Part shown: positions 52,053 to 63,120 of the stretch, piece by piece | Layout of the letters: each line of letters begins with the position of its first letter | How positions within the stretch are numbered: the first letter of the stretch is position 1 | Source: Prochlorococcus sp. AG-463-F15 | Lineage (GTDB): Bacteria > Cyanobacteriota > Cyanobacteriia > PCC-6307 > Cyanobiaceae | DNA length: 64,000 nt | Direction: 5' to 3' | Assembly (NCBI GenBank): GCA_003211755.1 | Contig: QCRS01000001.1 | Location: forward strand, 6,329-70,328 | Notes under the pieces: model-generated | What the model saw: the letters and a program-made list of their open reading frames with translations, nothing else | What the model was told of the DNA's origin: nothing | Databases searched by the model: none | Translations under genes and position numbers: made by a program

Positions 52053-52289
52053 ATGAAGTACCTCGATCCCTCGGAGCATGTTCTCCTCCCAGTGCTGATC
52101 TCGGTGCGGGCTGATGCTGCAGAGCTCCTTAGTGAAATGGCTCTTGAAATGGGTACGACAATTGACGAACTCATCAGTGCATTGGCCGAGGATTCGGCAT
52201 GTGACCTTTCCCGCCCTTCTGAATTCTTAGATGATGTTGTTATTCCAGATAGGTGTAGCACTCAAGATCTCATGAATAGAATTGAATGA
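52053..52289 (+). CDS. Small hypothetical protein (possible ribbon-helix-helix)
   Basis: VRADAAELLSEMALEMGTTIDELISALAED pattern. Confidence 0.65.
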   Translation: MKYLDPSEHVLLPVLISVRADAAELLSEMALEMGTTIDELISALAEDSACDLSRPSEFLDDVVIPDRCSTQDLMNRIE

Positions 52290-52293
52290 GCGA

Positions 52294-52752
52294 TTAGTTG
52301 TCCTGTCTAATTTTTTCCAAAACCATGAGTGCGTTATTGACATGAGCAGGACCATTCAGAAGATTATTGAATATGTGTCTTATAACTCCTTTTGAATCAA
52401 TTATATAAGTTACTCTTCCAGGAATTAAGCCTACAACATTAGGCACTCCAAAGGCTTTTCTTAGCTTATTGTTTTTATCTACTAATAAAGGGAAAGGTAG
52501 TTTATTTCGCTTGGAAAACTTACTATGACTTTCTTGATTATCTCCACTAACTCCCCACACTTCTGCTCCAAATACTTTGAATAAATCATAGTTATCACGG
52601 AAACCACATGCTTCTGCAGTGCATCCAGGGGTGTCGTCCTTGGGATAAAAAAATACGACTAGCGTATTGTTTTGAATTTTGTTGCTGCGAACATTGCCTT
52701 CATGGTCCAGCAAGTTGATCTCAGGAGCTTTGTCGCCTGGCTTTAAAGGCAT
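52294..52752 (-). CDS. bcp: Peroxiredoxin Q / BCP
   Basis: Motif FFYPKDDTPGCTAEAC; start placed at MPLKPGDKAP. Confidence 0.92.
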   Translation of the reverse strand: MPLKPGDKAPEINLLDHEGNVRSNKIQNNTLVVFFYPKDDTPGCTAEACGFRDNYDLFKVFGAEVWGVSGDNQESHSKFSKRNKLPFPLLVDKNNKLRKAFGVPNVVGLIPGRVTYIIDSKGVIRHIFNNLLNGPAHVNNALMVLEKIRQDN

Positions 52753-52818
52753 TGATCTGCGTCTTCCACTGATCATTGAGAATAGGAGGGATTTCTTTAC
52801 TGCGAGAGAATAGAGAGG

Positions 52819-53679
52819 GTGCGGGCAACAAAAAAAGTGGTTGAAGACAATCGCTACCAGTCTATTGATGGACAACTGGATCTTTTTGGGGATCGATGTC
52901 GGCAAAATGTTGCTAATCCCAGTATTCCTTCCAATAAGTATTTACAACAAGCATTTATGACGCCTTCTAATGAATTGAGTGCAAGTTCTTTACCAGGAAC
53001 GTTGCTTATTGTCGATACTGAAACTACAGGGCTTGATCCTCTTAAAGATGATTGTCTTGAGGTGGGTGCGATTTTGTTCCATGTGGGAAGTCGTTCTGTT
53101 CTCGCGCAACAATCATTTTTGATGCCAGTAAGAGCTAATAGTGCTGAGCCTATTAATCAAATTCCTGCAGAAGTGACAAGGTTGGAACAACCTTGGAAAG
53201 ATGGTTTGATTTATTTAAAGAAATTGATCGATGCATCTGAGATGCTCGTAGCACATAATGCTGCATTTGATCGCCAGTGGTTTGGCAAAGATCCTTTGCC
53301 AGAAGTCACGAAGCCATGGCTCTGCACCATGGACGACATTTCTTGGCCAGCCAGAAAACAACTGAGAGCAAGGCCTTCAGTGAGGGATCTTGCGTTGGCT
53401 TATGAGGTTCCCGTATGGAATGCACACCGTGCATTGACAGATTGCATATATTTGGCCGAAGTTTTTCGTCGTTGTGCTGATTTAGAAATACTTATTAGTC
53501 AAGGGTTGGAGCCTCGAAAATTAATGCGTGCACAGGTTGGTTATGAACAAAGGCATTTAGCGAAGAAAGCTGGTTTTACATGGAATGATCCTGTCATCGG
53601 TTCTTGGACAAGACGTTTAAGTGAAAGGGAAGTGGCATCACTCGAATTTCCTGTTATCCCTTTAGATGAATTTGATTAG
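52819..53679 (+). CDS. DEDDh 3'-5' exonuclease (DNA polymerase III epsilon-like)
   Basis: Motifs VDTETTG, AHNAAFD and AHRALTDC. Start uncertain. Confidence 0.88.
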   Translation: MRATKKVVEDNRYQSIDGQLDLFGDRCRQNVANPSIPSNKYLQQAFMTPSNELSASSLPGTLLIVDTETTGLDPLKDDCLEVGAILFHVGSRSVLAQQSFLMPVRANSAEPINQIPAEVTRLEQPWKDGLIYLKKLIDASEMLVAHNAAFDRQWFGKDPLPEVTKPWLCTMDDISWPARKQLRARPSVRDLALAYEVPVWNAHRALTDCIYLAEVFRRCADLEILISQGLEPRKLMRAQVGYEQRHLAKKAGFTWNDPVIGSWTRRLSEREVASLEFPVIPLDEFD

Positions 53680-53737
53680 AGATGTTTGGCTGATAACAGC
53701 TTGGACATATTTTCTTTAGGACTCTGAAGCGAGACAG

Positions 53738-54064
53738 TTGATTTTGCATTATCCGCCAGAGATTCGTCATCCTATTGATATGGATGTAATTCACTTAAGA
53801 AAGAAACCATTCCAATATTTCCATAATCAAAGTCATATAAGAGACTTTGGTCAGCTTCAAGGTCGATTAAGGCAATGGCAGCAGGTTCGTAGTTGGGCGC
53901 GTTTGATTTGTGAGGCGGAACACTTATGGCATGTTGAGTCTCGAGAGGTAAGGCGCCTTGGCGCTTTGGAGTTGTCACAGTTATTGCAGGAGGTACCCCC
54001 TGCTTTGAGGCCTAGGGTTAACAAATGGCTGGATAATTATGCAGCTGCGACAAGGCTTAACTAA
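53738..54064 (+). CDS. Conserved hypothetical protein
   Basis: RLRQWQQVRSWARLI...LGALELSQLLQEVP; start probably at an internal ATG. Confidence 0.7.
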   Translation: MILHYPPEIRHPIDMDVIHLRKKPFQYFHNQSHIRDFGQLQGRLRQWQQVRSWARLICEAEHLWHVESREVRRLGALELSQLLQEVPPALRPRVNKWLDNYAAATRLN

Positions 54065-54225
54065 GTAACAATTAAATAGGTGAAAAAGATATCTAAATAT
54101 TCTTCTAATGATTTCTGGAATTAGATTAACTATTTAATAAAGAATTTACAGAAATCTAAGAAGATATAAAGTAATCCTTTTATTAATTAAGTTTGGATTG
54201 ATATTGATTATTTAATTACTATGAA

Positions 54226-54299
54226 TCGGAGCGGCGGGATTTGAACCCACGACCCCCACTACCCCAAAGTGGTGCGCTACCAAGCTGCGCTACGCCCCG
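54226..54299 (-). tRNA. tRNA-Pro (anticodon GGG)
   Basis: Reverse complement CGGGGCGTAGCGCAGCTTGGTAGCGCACCACTTTGGGGTAGTGGGGGTCGTGGGTTCAAATCCCGCCGCTCCGA folds as a cloverleaf; CCA not encoded. Confidence 0.97.
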
Positions 54300-54319
54300 T
54301 AAAATAAAGTTATCACAGG

Positions 54320-54688
54320 CTAACGAAGCATAAAGAACTTTCGGTTGCGATTTGGCTGAGATGACTGCTCAATAAGGCATTTTGTAATTCTTGTAGTTAA
54401 GATGTCCTTGCTCTCAGATGAATATCCATGGATATTTAATTCCATGGCCAAAACCCTTAACTCACGAAAATCCATAGAGGCCAAACGCAGTTCAGGAAGA
54501 GTTTGCCAGCTATTACTCTTGACTGGTAGTTGGTTTTCTGAGTTGAATCGGTCAATTCCTATTGCAAATTCAGCAAGCCATTCAGGAATAAGAACTACTA
54601 TTACAGCTATTAATCCATATATTCTTACCAACCCTTTTGGTATGGGCTTTAACGCTCTACGTGTTTTTTTGTTGAATGGTTTCAGCAA
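54320..54688 (-). CDS. Hypothetical membrane-anchored protein
   Basis: One TM helix (IYGLIAVIVVLIPEWLAE) and a C-terminal ELRVLAMELNIHGYS helix pair. Confidence 0.65.
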   Translation of the reverse strand: MLKPFNKKTRRALKPIPKGLVRIYGLIAVIVVLIPEWLAEFAIGIDRFNSENQLPVKSNSWQTLPELRLASMDFRELRVLAMELNIHGYSSESKDILTTRITKCLIEQSSQPNRNRKFFMLR

Positions 54689-54899
54689 GATATTAGACGA
54701 TAAGAATATTTAGAGGAAATCAATTTCAGTGAGCTTTCTTAAATTTTAAGGACTTCGCTATTTTGGTTTTGAGAATCTCGCCATTCAATAGATGGTTGAA
54801 GTTCTTTTTGACTTGGTCTCCATGCAAAAACAAGGCTAAATATTAGAATTAGGGTTGCAATTATAGCAATAATAACTGTTTTATCTGGTAATTGATCGT

Positions 54900-55619
54900 T
54901 CATTGGCTAATTGGCTCGTTGTTACTACGCAGTACACAATGACTTATTTCCCAATTAAAATTAGACCATACTTCTTTACCTAGTTTAAAGTTTGCACCTG
55001 CAAATTCTTCTAGCTCTACCTTCGTAGGCATTGCAGAGCAATATGGTCTACTTCCTGGTTTGGCTAAATATTGCTGATGATAATTCTCTGCATAATAGAA
55101 CTTTTGATCTTGCTTTATTTCTGTAGTAATAGCTCCAAAACCATTTAAATCCAGACCCCTTTGGTAAGCCTTCAGACTTGAGTCTACTAATGTTTTTTGC
55201 TCGGAATTATTTGTATATATTGCTGAGCGGTATTGACTCCCAACATCATTACCTTGACGATTGCCTTGCGTTGGGTCATGGCATTCCCAAAACATTTTAA
55301 GTAGATCACTTAGATGAATATTTAATTTGTTCCATACAACTCGTACTGCTTCTGTATGACCTGTACTACCTGAGCACACCTGGTTATAGGTTGGGGCTTT
55401 TGTTTCCCCCCCCGCATATCCAACGGAGGTGGACACTACACCAGGTAGTTTCCAAAAACCTTTTTCTGCTCCCCAAAAACATCCACATGCGAAAAGAATT
55501 TCCTCTTCATTATTAGTAAGTGGTGCATCTAATGATGAACCTAGAACTACATGTCGCATGCTTTTGGAATTAGTTTGTTTGAATTTTGAGAAATTATATT
55601 TCAGCCAAGATCCAATCAT
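54900..55619 (-). CDS. msrA: Peptide methionine sulfoxide reductase A
   Basis: Motifs GCFWG, GHTEAV, RQGNDVGSQYRS and AENYHQQY. Confidence 0.96.
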   Translation of the reverse strand: MIGSWLKYNFSKFKQTNSKSMRHVVLGSSLDAPLTNNEEEILFACGCFWGAEKGFWKLPGVVSTSVGYAGGETKAPTYNQVCSGSTGHTEAVRVVWNKLNIHLSDLLKMFWECHDPTQGNRQGNDVGSQYRSAIYTNNSEQKTLVDSSLKAYQRGLDLNGFGAITTEIKQDQKFYYAENYHQQYLAKPGSRPYCSAMPTKVELEEFAGANFKLGKEVWSNFNWEISHCVLRSNNEPISQ

Positions 55620-55642
55620 ATGTAATTTACAGCTAGATGATT

Positions 55643-55897
55643 CTACTCAACTTTCTCGGGTTCTAAATGGATGTGATTTAGCAATGTTGTTACAAAAGCG
55701 AATAGGAGGAATGGAAGGCTAAGGACCAAGATCAAGCCAACGCCAACTAGAGCAAAGATTGGTCGTGATGAGCCCATTAAGCCTAATCCTGCTGCAAGGC
55801 TTACAAAGATGACTGCCATCCAAGCCATGACTTGTAAATAAATGTCGCCGAATGCGAGATCGCAGCGAACGGCGTACGGTGGCCTACCTGCGTCCAT
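55643..55897 (-). CDS. Conserved small two-TM protein
   Basis: FGDIYLQVMAWMAVIFVSLAAGLGLMG... Confidence 0.75.
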   Translation of the reverse strand: MDAGRPPYAVRCDLAFGDIYLQVMAWMAVIFVSLAAGLGLMGSSRPIFALVGVGLILVLSLPFLLFAFVTTLLNHIHLEPEKVE

Positions 55898-55997
55898 TTA
55901 ATAGCTTTGATTACTCCTTAGAGCTTGCTAGAAGATTGCTGATTATCTCCAAATCGTTGGTAAATTTTTCTATTGATTGGATCTGAAGATTGAATTT

Positions 55998-57749
55998 CTA
56001 AACAACAGCTCCTAATTCTTCAGCAGCTTTTTCTCTTTCCCAAAGGCGCTTGTATGTACCCTCTCTTTCTATCAAGGCAGTATGAGTACCTTGTTGTACT
56101 AAGCGACCTTCTTCAAGAACCAAAATCCTGTCACAAGCAGCGGCTGCTGAGAGTTGGTGGCTAATCATGACAATCGTTCGGTCCTTTTGTTCTCTTATCG
56201 AAGAGAGTATTGCTGATGCAGTTTTGTTGTCGACACTGGCTAAAGCATCATCTAGGACTATTACAGGTGATCGGACTAATAAAGCTCTCCCTAGTGCAGC
56301 TCTTTGACGTTGCCCTCCGCTTAGTGTGATCCCGCGTTCACCTACCAAGGTCTTAAACCCATCGGGGAATCCTCGAATATCGTCCATAAAACGTGCTTGT
56401 TGAGCGGAAGCTTCTATTCGTTCATTAGATGCCTCTGGATCACCATATCGAAGGTTTTCTGCGAGGCTATTTGTAAAGAGATATCCCTCTTGAGGGACAA
56501 AAGCAACATTTTTTCTGAGGTCCTCCAACCGAAGATCTACAACGTCATGTTTATCAAGAAAGAGTTCACCTTTTGGAACTTCAACCATTCTTCCAATTGC
56601 TCTAGCAAGGGTGGTTTTGCCACAACCAATAGGACCTACTACAGCAACTAATTCTCCAGGATCAATAACAAAGCTCAACCTATCCAGTACCTTGCGATTA
56701 CTGCCCTGATAACTAATTGTAAGTTCTTTAGCTTCTAATCTTCCAGATATTCCATTCCGTAGAACTTTTGGAATATCAGGATCTTTGATTTTGGGTTTTC
56801 TCTTTAACAATTCTTCTACACGCTCAAGGCTTACTTGACCAATTTGAAATGTGTTAAGTGTGAAACCTAATAGAGCAGTGGGGAAAACAAGTCGTTCTAC
56901 ATAAAGTATCAGTGCTACTAGACCACCAATACTGAGAGTACCTCTTTCTAATTGGCCACTTCCAATGGCAATTAATAATAATAGAGATATTGAGGATATT
57001 CCTTGAAGTAGCGGAAATAATGTGCTTGCTGTTCTGGCTAGCCCAATTGCTGAGTCTCTGTATTTATTATTTAGTTGGTTAAAAGCGTTCCTTTCGGAGG
57101 TCTCTTGGCCATAGATTTTAATAGCGCTTATTCCAGATAGATCCTCTTGGATTAGTTCGCTGAGATTTGCCAGTGATTCTTGCTGTCGCTTCCTTTGCTT
57201 AACCATTCTTCCTCCAAAAAGACTGACCGTGCCTAGCATTACTGGATAAAGAGCTATTGCTGCCAAGGTCAACCAAGGATCTATGGCAATCATCGCTGGC
57301 AAGGTAAAGCAATAAGCGAGAACAGTGTTTGTAAGACTCAAGATCGTGAAGCCAAGCAGCCTCCTTATGTTTTCCACATCACTGGTGGCTCTACTGATTA
57401 CCTCTCCGCTCCCGACCTCCTGAACCCAACCTGGCTCTTGTGTGAGCATGTGATCGAACAAACGTTGTCGAAGATCTACTTCCACTTGGCGGCCTACTCC
57501 AAAGACCAGTTGCCTTGATAAAAGTCGAAAGCAACCCATAGCGCTAGCAAGGCAAACTATCCATGCTGCCTGTTTAAAGACATCATTAATTGAGAATCCC
57601 TCTCTTAAATCATCAACAATAGTTTTGACTTCCATTGGGATAGTCACACTAAGCACATTGACTATCAGAAGGGCTAAAGCCCCTATTAGTAAGTTCTTTC
57701 GATGGGGCCTTAGATATCGACCGATTAGATCTATGCGAAATGCTGCCAT
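55998..57749 (-). CDS. ABC exporter, fused permease/ATPase
   Basis: TM domain, Walker A GPIGCGKT, signature LSGGQRQR and LDDALASVD. Confidence 0.93.
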   Translation of the reverse strand: MAAFRIDLIGRYLRPHRKNLLIGALALLIVNVLSVTIPMEVKTIVDDLREGFSINDVFKQAAWIVCLASAMGCFRLLSRQLVFGVGRQVEVDLRQRLFDHMLTQEPGWVQEVGSGEVISRATSDVENIRRLLGFTILSLTNTVLAYCFTLPAMIAIDPWLTLAAIALYPVMLGTVSLFGGRMVKQRKRQQESLANLSELIQEDLSGISAIKIYGQETSERNAFNQLNNKYRDSAIGLARTASTLFPLLQGISSISLLLLIAIGSGQLERGTLSIGGLVALILYVERLVFPTALLGFTLNTFQIGQVSLERVEELLKRKPKIKDPDIPKVLRNGISGRLEAKELTISYQGSNRKVLDRLSFVIDPGELVAVVGPIGCGKTTLARAIGRMVEVPKGELFLDKHDVVDLRLEDLRKNVAFVPQEGYLFTNSLAENLRYGDPEASNERIEASAQQARFMDDIRGFPDGFKTLVGERGITLSGGQRQRAALGRALLVRSPVIVLDDALASVDNKTASAILSSIREQKDRTIVMISHQLSAAAACDRILVLEEGRLVQQGTHTALIEREGTYKRLWEREKAAEELGAVV

Positions 57750-57835
57750 ATTTTGTGTTCTATGAGTTCAACCTGATTTGGAGCTTGGTAGAGAATGGGA
57801 ACATTCTGGATGATGTGGGGGACTACCTTGATTCA

Positions 57836-58141
57836 ATGAAGGAGCAAAATCATCCCCTTTATTCCATTGACCGTGATCATATTGATCGATTATTAGCTAA
57901 GGAGTGTCCAGATGATGGGGATATCGTTGATTTGGCAAGATTGTTTCTTCGTTATGCAGGGTTCCCTGGAGCATCAGATCTTCAGGATGACATGAATAAG
58001 CTTCTCAGATTGTGGGGTTTAAGTACAGAGTCTTTAAATGAGCAGGCCCGCAAAATTTGGGGTGATGGCTATAGGCCTGGAAGAAAGGTTGATGATGTAG
58101 TTGGTTCTGGTTTTGATACTAAAGATTCAGAAAACAATTAA
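57836..58141 (+). CDS. DUF3288 family protein
   Basis: EQNHPLYSIDR...DLARLFLRYAGFPGA; start placed at ATG 57836. Confidence 0.8.
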   Translation: MKEQNHPLYSIDRDHIDRLLAKECPDDGDIVDLARLFLRYAGFPGASDLQDDMNKLLRLWGLSTESLNEQARKIWGDGYRPGRKVDDVVGSGFDTKDSENN

Positions 58142-58254
58142 TCCTATCGAGTAAGTATTTTTATTTACTTTCGCAAATGTCTTAGCTTTAGGTGATATTG
58201 GTTGTATCCCCGTCACATAGCCCGGAGCGCCCCGTACAGGGGTTTTTACGACCG

Positions 58255-59295
58255 ATGTCGCTTCTTCAATCTTCTTGGCCAGATACCCTTGAGATGCTTT
58301 TGCAGGGTAATCATCTCGCTGAATTACAAGCTCGTTCACTTATGAATGCTTGGCTAAAAGAGGAACTAACAGCTGTACAGACAGGTGCTTTTTTGGCTTC
58401 TTTTCGATTCAAGGGAGCTACAGGTGAGGAATTAGCTGCAATGGCAGATGTGTTGAGAGAAGCTTGTCCTCTGCCTTGTTTACGTCCTCAAATTCCTATG
58501 GTGGATACTTGTGGAACAGGAGGTGATGGAGCAGATACTTTTAATATTTCTACTGCGGTGGCTTTTACAGCAGCAGCCTGCGGTGCATATGTAGCAAAAC
58601 ATGGAAACCGCAGTGCAAGTGGCAAAGTTGGTTCTGCAGATGTGCTTGAAGGACTTGGTATTGCTCTATCTGCCCCACTGGAATCTGTTGTAGCCGCGAT
58701 AAACAAGGCAAATGTGACGTTTCTCTTTGCTCCTGTTTGGCATCCTGCACTAGTTAATTTGGCACCTTTGAGAAGAAGTTTGGGTGTTCGAACCATTTTT
58801 AATCTGTTAGGCCCTTTAGTGAACCCACTTAGACCAAATTCACAAGTGCTAGGCGTAGCAAAGGCTGACTTGCTTGATCCTATGGTTGAGGCGTTGTGCA
58901 AATTAGGTTTACAGAGAGCTGTTGTCGTTCATGGTGCTGGAGGGTTAGACGAGGCTTCGCTGGAAGGCCCAAATCAAATAAGGCTTCTTGTCGATGGAAA
59001 GGTGACTTCTTCAACGTTAGAAGCCCGTCAATTTGGCTTGGCTTTTGCTCCTAATGAAGCTCTTAAAGGGGGAGATCTTTCGGTTAATCAAGAGATTCTT
59101 CTTTCGGTTCTAAAAGGCGAAGGGAGTAATGCTCAAAGAGATGTAGTAGCTCTGAATACTGCCTTGGTCCTTTGGGCTGCAGGTCTGGAAGAAGATCTGA
59201 ATTCTGGATTAGCAACAGCTATAAATTGTTTGAATAAAGGACTCCCTTGGCAAAGATTTGAGGCCCTAAGAAGTGCTCTTGATCTTAAGGATTAA
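58255..59295 (+). CDS. trpD: Anthranilate phosphoribosyltransferase
   Basis: Motifs [29 protein letters not shown] and GLDE. Confidence 0.97.
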   Translation: MSLLQSSWPDTLEMLLQGNHLAELQARSLMNAWLKEELTAVQTGAFLASFRFKGATGEELAAMADVLREACPLPCLRPQIPMVDTCGTGGDGADTFNISTAVAFTAAACGAYVAKHGNRSASGKVGSADVLEGLGIALSAPLESVVAAINKANVTFLFAPVWHPALVNLAPLRRSLGVRTIFNLLGPLVNPLRPNSQVLGVAKADLLDPMVEALCKLGLQRAVVVHGAGGLDEASLEGPNQIRLLVDGKVTSSTLEARQFGLAFAPNEALKGGDLSVNQEILLSVLKGEGSNAQRDVVALNTALVLWAAGLEEDLNSGLATAINCLNKGLPWQRFEALRSALDLKD

Positions 59296-59325
59296 AGGGT
59301 AGAGATTTTTTGATTTTGATTTTAT

Positions 59326-60474
59326 TTGCAAATGCATTCCTCTTTAGATAACTCTGCATTCTTGATTCTTGCTGATGGCACTTTGCTTGAGGGGGATGCT
59401 TTTGGTTATAGAGGCACAGTAATTGGCGAGGTCGTTTTCAATACAGGCATTACGGGTTATCAGGAGGTGTTAACAGACCCTAGTTATTTTGGCCAATTAG
59501 TTACTTTTACTTACCCTGAATTAGGGAATACTGGAGTTAATTCTGACGATCATGAAGCAATACATCCTTCTGTAAAGGGAGTAGTTGTTCGTGAGTTCAC
59601 ACAAAGTCCAAGCAATTGGCGTTGTAAGCAGTCTTTCGAAGATTGGCTAAAAGAAGAAAAAGTTATTGGAATTAGTGGTCTAGATACCAGAGCACTTGTT
59701 AGGCATCTTCGAAGTTTTGGCGCAATGAATGGAATGATCAGCACTGATGGAATTTCTTCTCCCAATGAGCTTCTACAGAAACTAAAGCACTCTCCAAATA
59801 TGGAGGGCTTGAACTTGGTTGAGGAAGTCACTACTAAGTCTCCATATGTTTGGAACTCCCCCTCTGCAGTGGAGTTTGACCAAAGAATGCAAATTCATAA
59901 AGGTACTCCTTATAAAGTTTTGGCGATTGATTTTGGGATCAAACGGTCGATCCTTCAAAGGTTGGTCTCCCACGGATGCGAAGTACAAGTGGTTCCAGCA
60001 AACTCAGATATTTCGTCTGTTTTGGACTCTTCTCCTGAAGGCGTATTTTTTTCCAATGGACCAGGAGATCCTGCGGCGGTTACACAGGGAATAAATCTTG
60101 CCAAGCAATTGATTGAGCAGGCTGATTTGCCAATGTTTGGAATTTGTTTAGGGCATCAGATTTTGGGATTAGCACTTGGGGGCCGAACTTACAAACTTCC
60201 ATATGGCCATAGAGGACTAAACCATCCCTGTGGAACAAGTGGCCAACTAGAAATAACTAGTCAAAATCATGGATTCGCGCTTGACCCCAATTCTCTTCCT
60301 TTGGGTCTTGTGGATGTAACGCATCTCAATCTTAATGACAAAACTGTTGCAGGAATTGCATTTAAAGATCGACCAATTTTTGGTGTTCAATATCACCCTG
60401 AAGCCAGTCCAGGCCCACATGACGCGGATAATCACTTCGGGCGTTTTGTCTCTCTAATGGAAGAACGACGTTAA
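59326..60474 (+). CDS. carA: Carbamoyl-phosphate synthase small subunit
   Basis: Motifs [22 protein letters not shown] and [10 protein letters not shown]. Confidence 0.97.
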   Translation: MQMHSSLDNSAFLILADGTLLEGDAFGYRGTVIGEVVFNTGITGYQEVLTDPSYFGQLVTFTYPELGNTGVNSDDHEAIHPSVKGVVVREFTQSPSNWRCKQSFEDWLKEEKVIGISGLDTRALVRHLRSFGAMNGMISTDGISSPNELLQKLKHSPNMEGLNLVEEVTTKSPYVWNSPSAVEFDQRMQIHKGTPYKVLAIDFGIKRSILQRLVSHGCEVQVVPANSDISSVLDSSPEGVFFSNGPGDPAAVTQGINLAKQLIEQADLPMFGICLGHQILGLALGGRTYKLPYGHRGLNHPCGTSGQLEITSQNHGFALDPNSLPLGLVDVTHLNLNDKTVAGIAFKDRPIFGVQYHPEASPGPHDADNHFGRFVSLMEERR

Positions 60475-60547
60475 AGCGTGGTTGAGTTCGTGATTAATCA
60501 CTACACTTCATGCGTTCGCGTTTCAGGGGACTAAGCCCATAACCGAA

Positions 60548-60904
60548 TTGCAACGACTAACAGTCTCTTTAAGAGGTGGTTTTGAGCAGCGCCAAGGATG
60601 TCTTGTGTTTCATTTCACTGGACAGCTTGATGCTTACTCTGAAAAACAGTTCAAAACCTATGTGGAGGATGTGCTTAATGCCAATCGCTCCTCTGCGGTT
60701 ATAGAACTTTCAAATATCGACTTTCTTGATTCTTCGGGATTGGGAGCTTTGGTTCAGCTTGCAAAGTATTGCAAGGATTCCAAGCGGTCTTTCATTGTTG
60801 TGGGAAACGCAAGAGTGGTCCAAACCATCAAATTGGTCAGACTTGAAGAGTTCTTGCACTTAGTTCCTGACTTGAACACAGCATTAACGCAGTTGGCTGC
60901 TTGA
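60548..60904 (+). CDS. STAS domain anti-sigma-factor antagonist
   Basis: Motifs GQLDA and IDFLDSSGLGALV. Confidence 0.9.
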   Translation: MQRLTVSLRGGFEQRQGCLVFHFTGQLDAYSEKQFKTYVEDVLNANRSSAVIELSNIDFLDSSGLGALVQLAKYCKDSKRSFIVVGNARVVQTIKLVRLEEFLHLVPDLNTALTQLAA

Positions 60905-61308
60905 CTGATTGGATTCGAGCACAAGTTCCATCTGGCCTCCCTGATGAATTAGGACCATTGCAATTGGCTTGGTTGGGGGATGCAGTATGGGAAATGCATC
61001 AGCGTTTACGCCGTTGTTATAAGCCAGGGCGATCTAGAGATTTACATGTTGCTGTAGTTGAAGAAGTAAAAGCAGAGTCACAAGCAAAAGCTCTTGTTGA
61101 ATTGGATCCTTATCTTTCTATTGTTGAGAAAGATTTAGTTCGTCGAGGCCGTAATAAAGCCGGTCGTGGTCCCCGCAAAGGAGATGCAGCTATTTATGCC
61201 AAGGCCACAGGATTTGAGACAATGATCGGGTGGCTCTTTTTGAAAAATCCTCAGCGGTTAGCTCGGCTATTGGATCAACTGGAGAAGACCGAATCTGATG
61301 TTCAATAG
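60901..61308 (+). CDS. mrnC: Mini-ribonuclease III
   Basis: Motifs LAWLGDAVWE, RRGRN and ATGFETMIG; no dsRBD. Confidence 0.9.
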   Translation: MTDWIRAQVPSGLPDELGPLQLAWLGDAVWEMHQRLRRCYKPGRSRDLHVAVVEEVKAESQAKALVELDPYLSIVEKDLVRRGRNKAGRGPRKGDAAIYAKATGFETMIGWLFLKNPQRLARLLDQLEKTESDVQ

Positions 61309-61318
61309 GTTTTAACAA

Positions 61319-62749
61319 ATGAATCCTCGTTTCGATCGCCGTTCAAATAATTCTCCTCGTCCTAATCGTCCTGGTGGGAGGAGAAAACAAGGGAAGGATT
61401 ATTTTTCCAAGAGATCATCAGGAAGAGAAGAACCAACAAATGAACGAGGTTCTTATCGTTCAAGAAGTGAGAGGAGGGAAGATAACCAGGACCGAAGAGA
61501 ATTCACCACTAATGGAGGAAATAGACGAGCCAGAGTGGGGCAAGAAAGACGATATGAGAAAGAAAATAACAATGAAATCTCTAGAGATAGATCTTTCCCT
61601 CGTGGCCCCAAGAACCAAAGACTTGTCCTTAGAAGAGAAGAGCAAAGATCTGGAAGGCGCTCCAATTGGGCTAGAAGGTCTTCTTCTCTAAATATCCCGT
61701 TAGGTTCGCCTTTACCTGATGGTGAAGTTATAACTTCTTCTCAACCTAAGGATGCTTCCGGACAAATAATTGCAAGTGACATGATTTGGGGGCGACATAC
61801 CACTCAATCAGCACTTGAGTCTGGAAGACCAGTTCATCGGATTTGGTGTACTTCTGATATAAGAAGTTCTCAACGATTCCTTCAATTACTCCGAGACGCA
61901 AAGTCCTCGGGGGTTCTTGTAGAAGAAGTCACCTGGGCCCGTCTTGGCCAACTCACTAATGGAGCTGTTCATCAAGGAATTGCAATTCAAATAGCAGCAG
62001 CTGAGACGCTTGATTTATCAACGCTTATTGATGGTTGCAATAGCTTGGGTGAATCTCCGCTTTTGTTGGCATTAGATGGTCTTACAGATCCTCAGAATTT
62101 GGGGGCAATTGTTCGCTCAGCAGAGGCATTTGGAGCCCATGGTTTGGTCCTTCCTCAAAGACGAAGTGCAGGCCTAACAGGTTCTGTTGCCAAAGTAGCG
62201 GCGGGTGCTTTGGAACATCTTCCAGTTGCACGGGTAGTAAATCTGAATAGATCTCTCGAGGATCTAAAGAAGGCTGGATACAGAGTTGTTGGTCTCGCAG
62301 AAGAGGGGAATGTAACTCTCCCAGAACTAGATCTCGAGGGGCCTTTAGTAGTTGTTACTGGATCGGAAGGGAAAGGCATATCACTTGTAACTCGTCGTCA
62401 TTGTGATCAATTGGTAAGGATTCCTTTACGTGGAATCACTCCAAGTCTGAATGCTGCTGCTGCTACAGCTGTTTTTTTATATGAGGTTGCTAGAAATGGA
62501 TGGATGAAGGGTCTTTCTGGTCAGGCTCCTTCACCAAGAATGGTTCGAGCAAAGTGTTCTTCATCTTTAGGAGAAGACAACGAAGAATCTTCTTTTAATC
62601 AAAAAAAATTAGAGAACAAAGTTGATGATCCACAGCTTGAGGATCAGATTGAGTCTCATCCATTAGTAAATGATCTGATGAAGAACACACGGGAAGAGTT
62701 AGATGAGGGCTCTGAATTTTCACCTTTTGAGCAAAGCGTTCATCTTTAA
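61319..62749 (+). CDS. rlmB: 23S rRNA Gm2251 methyltransferase with Arg-rich N-terminal extension
   Basis: Motifs HQGI, DPQNLGAIVRSA, GSEGKG and SLN (SPOUT). Confidence 0.92.
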   Translation: MNPRFDRRSNNSPRPNRPGGRRKQGKDYFSKRSSGREEPTNERGSYRSRSERREDNQDRREFTTNGGNRRARVGQERRYEKENNNEISRDRSFPRGPKNQRLVLRREEQRSGRRSNWARRSSSLNIPLGSPLPDGEVITSSQPKDASGQIIASDMIWGRHTTQSALESGRPVHRIWCTSDIRSSQRFLQLLRDAKSSGVLVEEVTWARLGQLTNGAVHQGIAIQIAAAETLDLSTLIDGCNSLGESPLLLALDGLTDPQNLGAIVRSAEAFGAHGLVLPQRRSAGLTGSVAKVAAGALEHLPVARVVNLNRSLEDLKKAGYRVVGLAEEGNVTLPELDLEGPLVVVTGSEGKGISLVTRRHCDQLVRIPLRGITPSLNAAAATAVFLYEVARNGWMKGLSGQAPSPRMVRAKCSSSLGEDNEESSFNQKKLENKVDDPQLEDQIESHPLVNDLMKNTREELDEGSEFSPFEQSVHL

Positions 62750-62837
62750 AAGATCTTTCATTCGTCAGGGATCACAATCCTTTAATTAGTAATTCAATTA
62801 CAAGAAGGCAGAATAGTTATTACATGCTTTAGTCCTA

Positions 62838-63068
62838 ATGGGGGCAATTAGGGGGCTTCGCAGCTTCGGTAATAAACTTGGCTTGGCTTGGTGGGCCAAG
62901 GTTGAAACTAGTGCACCAAATGTCACTTACTGGTTTGGGCCATTCCTCACTCGTAGGAGTCTCAAGTTAAATCTTTCTAATTTCGTGGAAGACCTCACTT
63001 TTGAGGGCTCTGACTCAATTAAACACACATTGGTTCGAGGCAGACGTGGTGAGCCACTAACTATCTAA
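62838..63068 (+). CDS. DUF1816 family protein
   Basis: GLAWWAKVET..PNVTYWFGPF. Confidence 0.8.
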   Translation: MGAIRGLRSFGNKLGLAWWAKVETSAPNVTYWFGPFLTRRSLKLNLSNFVEDLTFEGSDSIKHTLVRGRRGEPLTI

Positions 63069-63120
63069 TTCAAAGGGTTCAAGTGCTGATAGCGTCACAA
63101 TTGAATAAACCCCAAAGTAG

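Larger units (their letters stand above)
13230..54225. other. Hypervariable genomic-island-like region between 6S RNA and tRNA-Pro
   Basis: Low coding density, many short hypothetical ORFs and accessory enzymes; bounded by an ncRNA and the 3' end of a tRNA. The right part (50-54 kb) may be core. Confidence 0.6.

Noticed and set aside
54226-54299. Duplicated tRNA-Pro 3' end (att site) inside the island
   Set aside because: No second copy was found by eye, and no integrase lies next to the tRNA.
61319-61740. Long Arg-rich low-complexity N-terminus of RlmB
   Set aside because: Such extensions are a familiar feature of picocyanobacterial RlmB.
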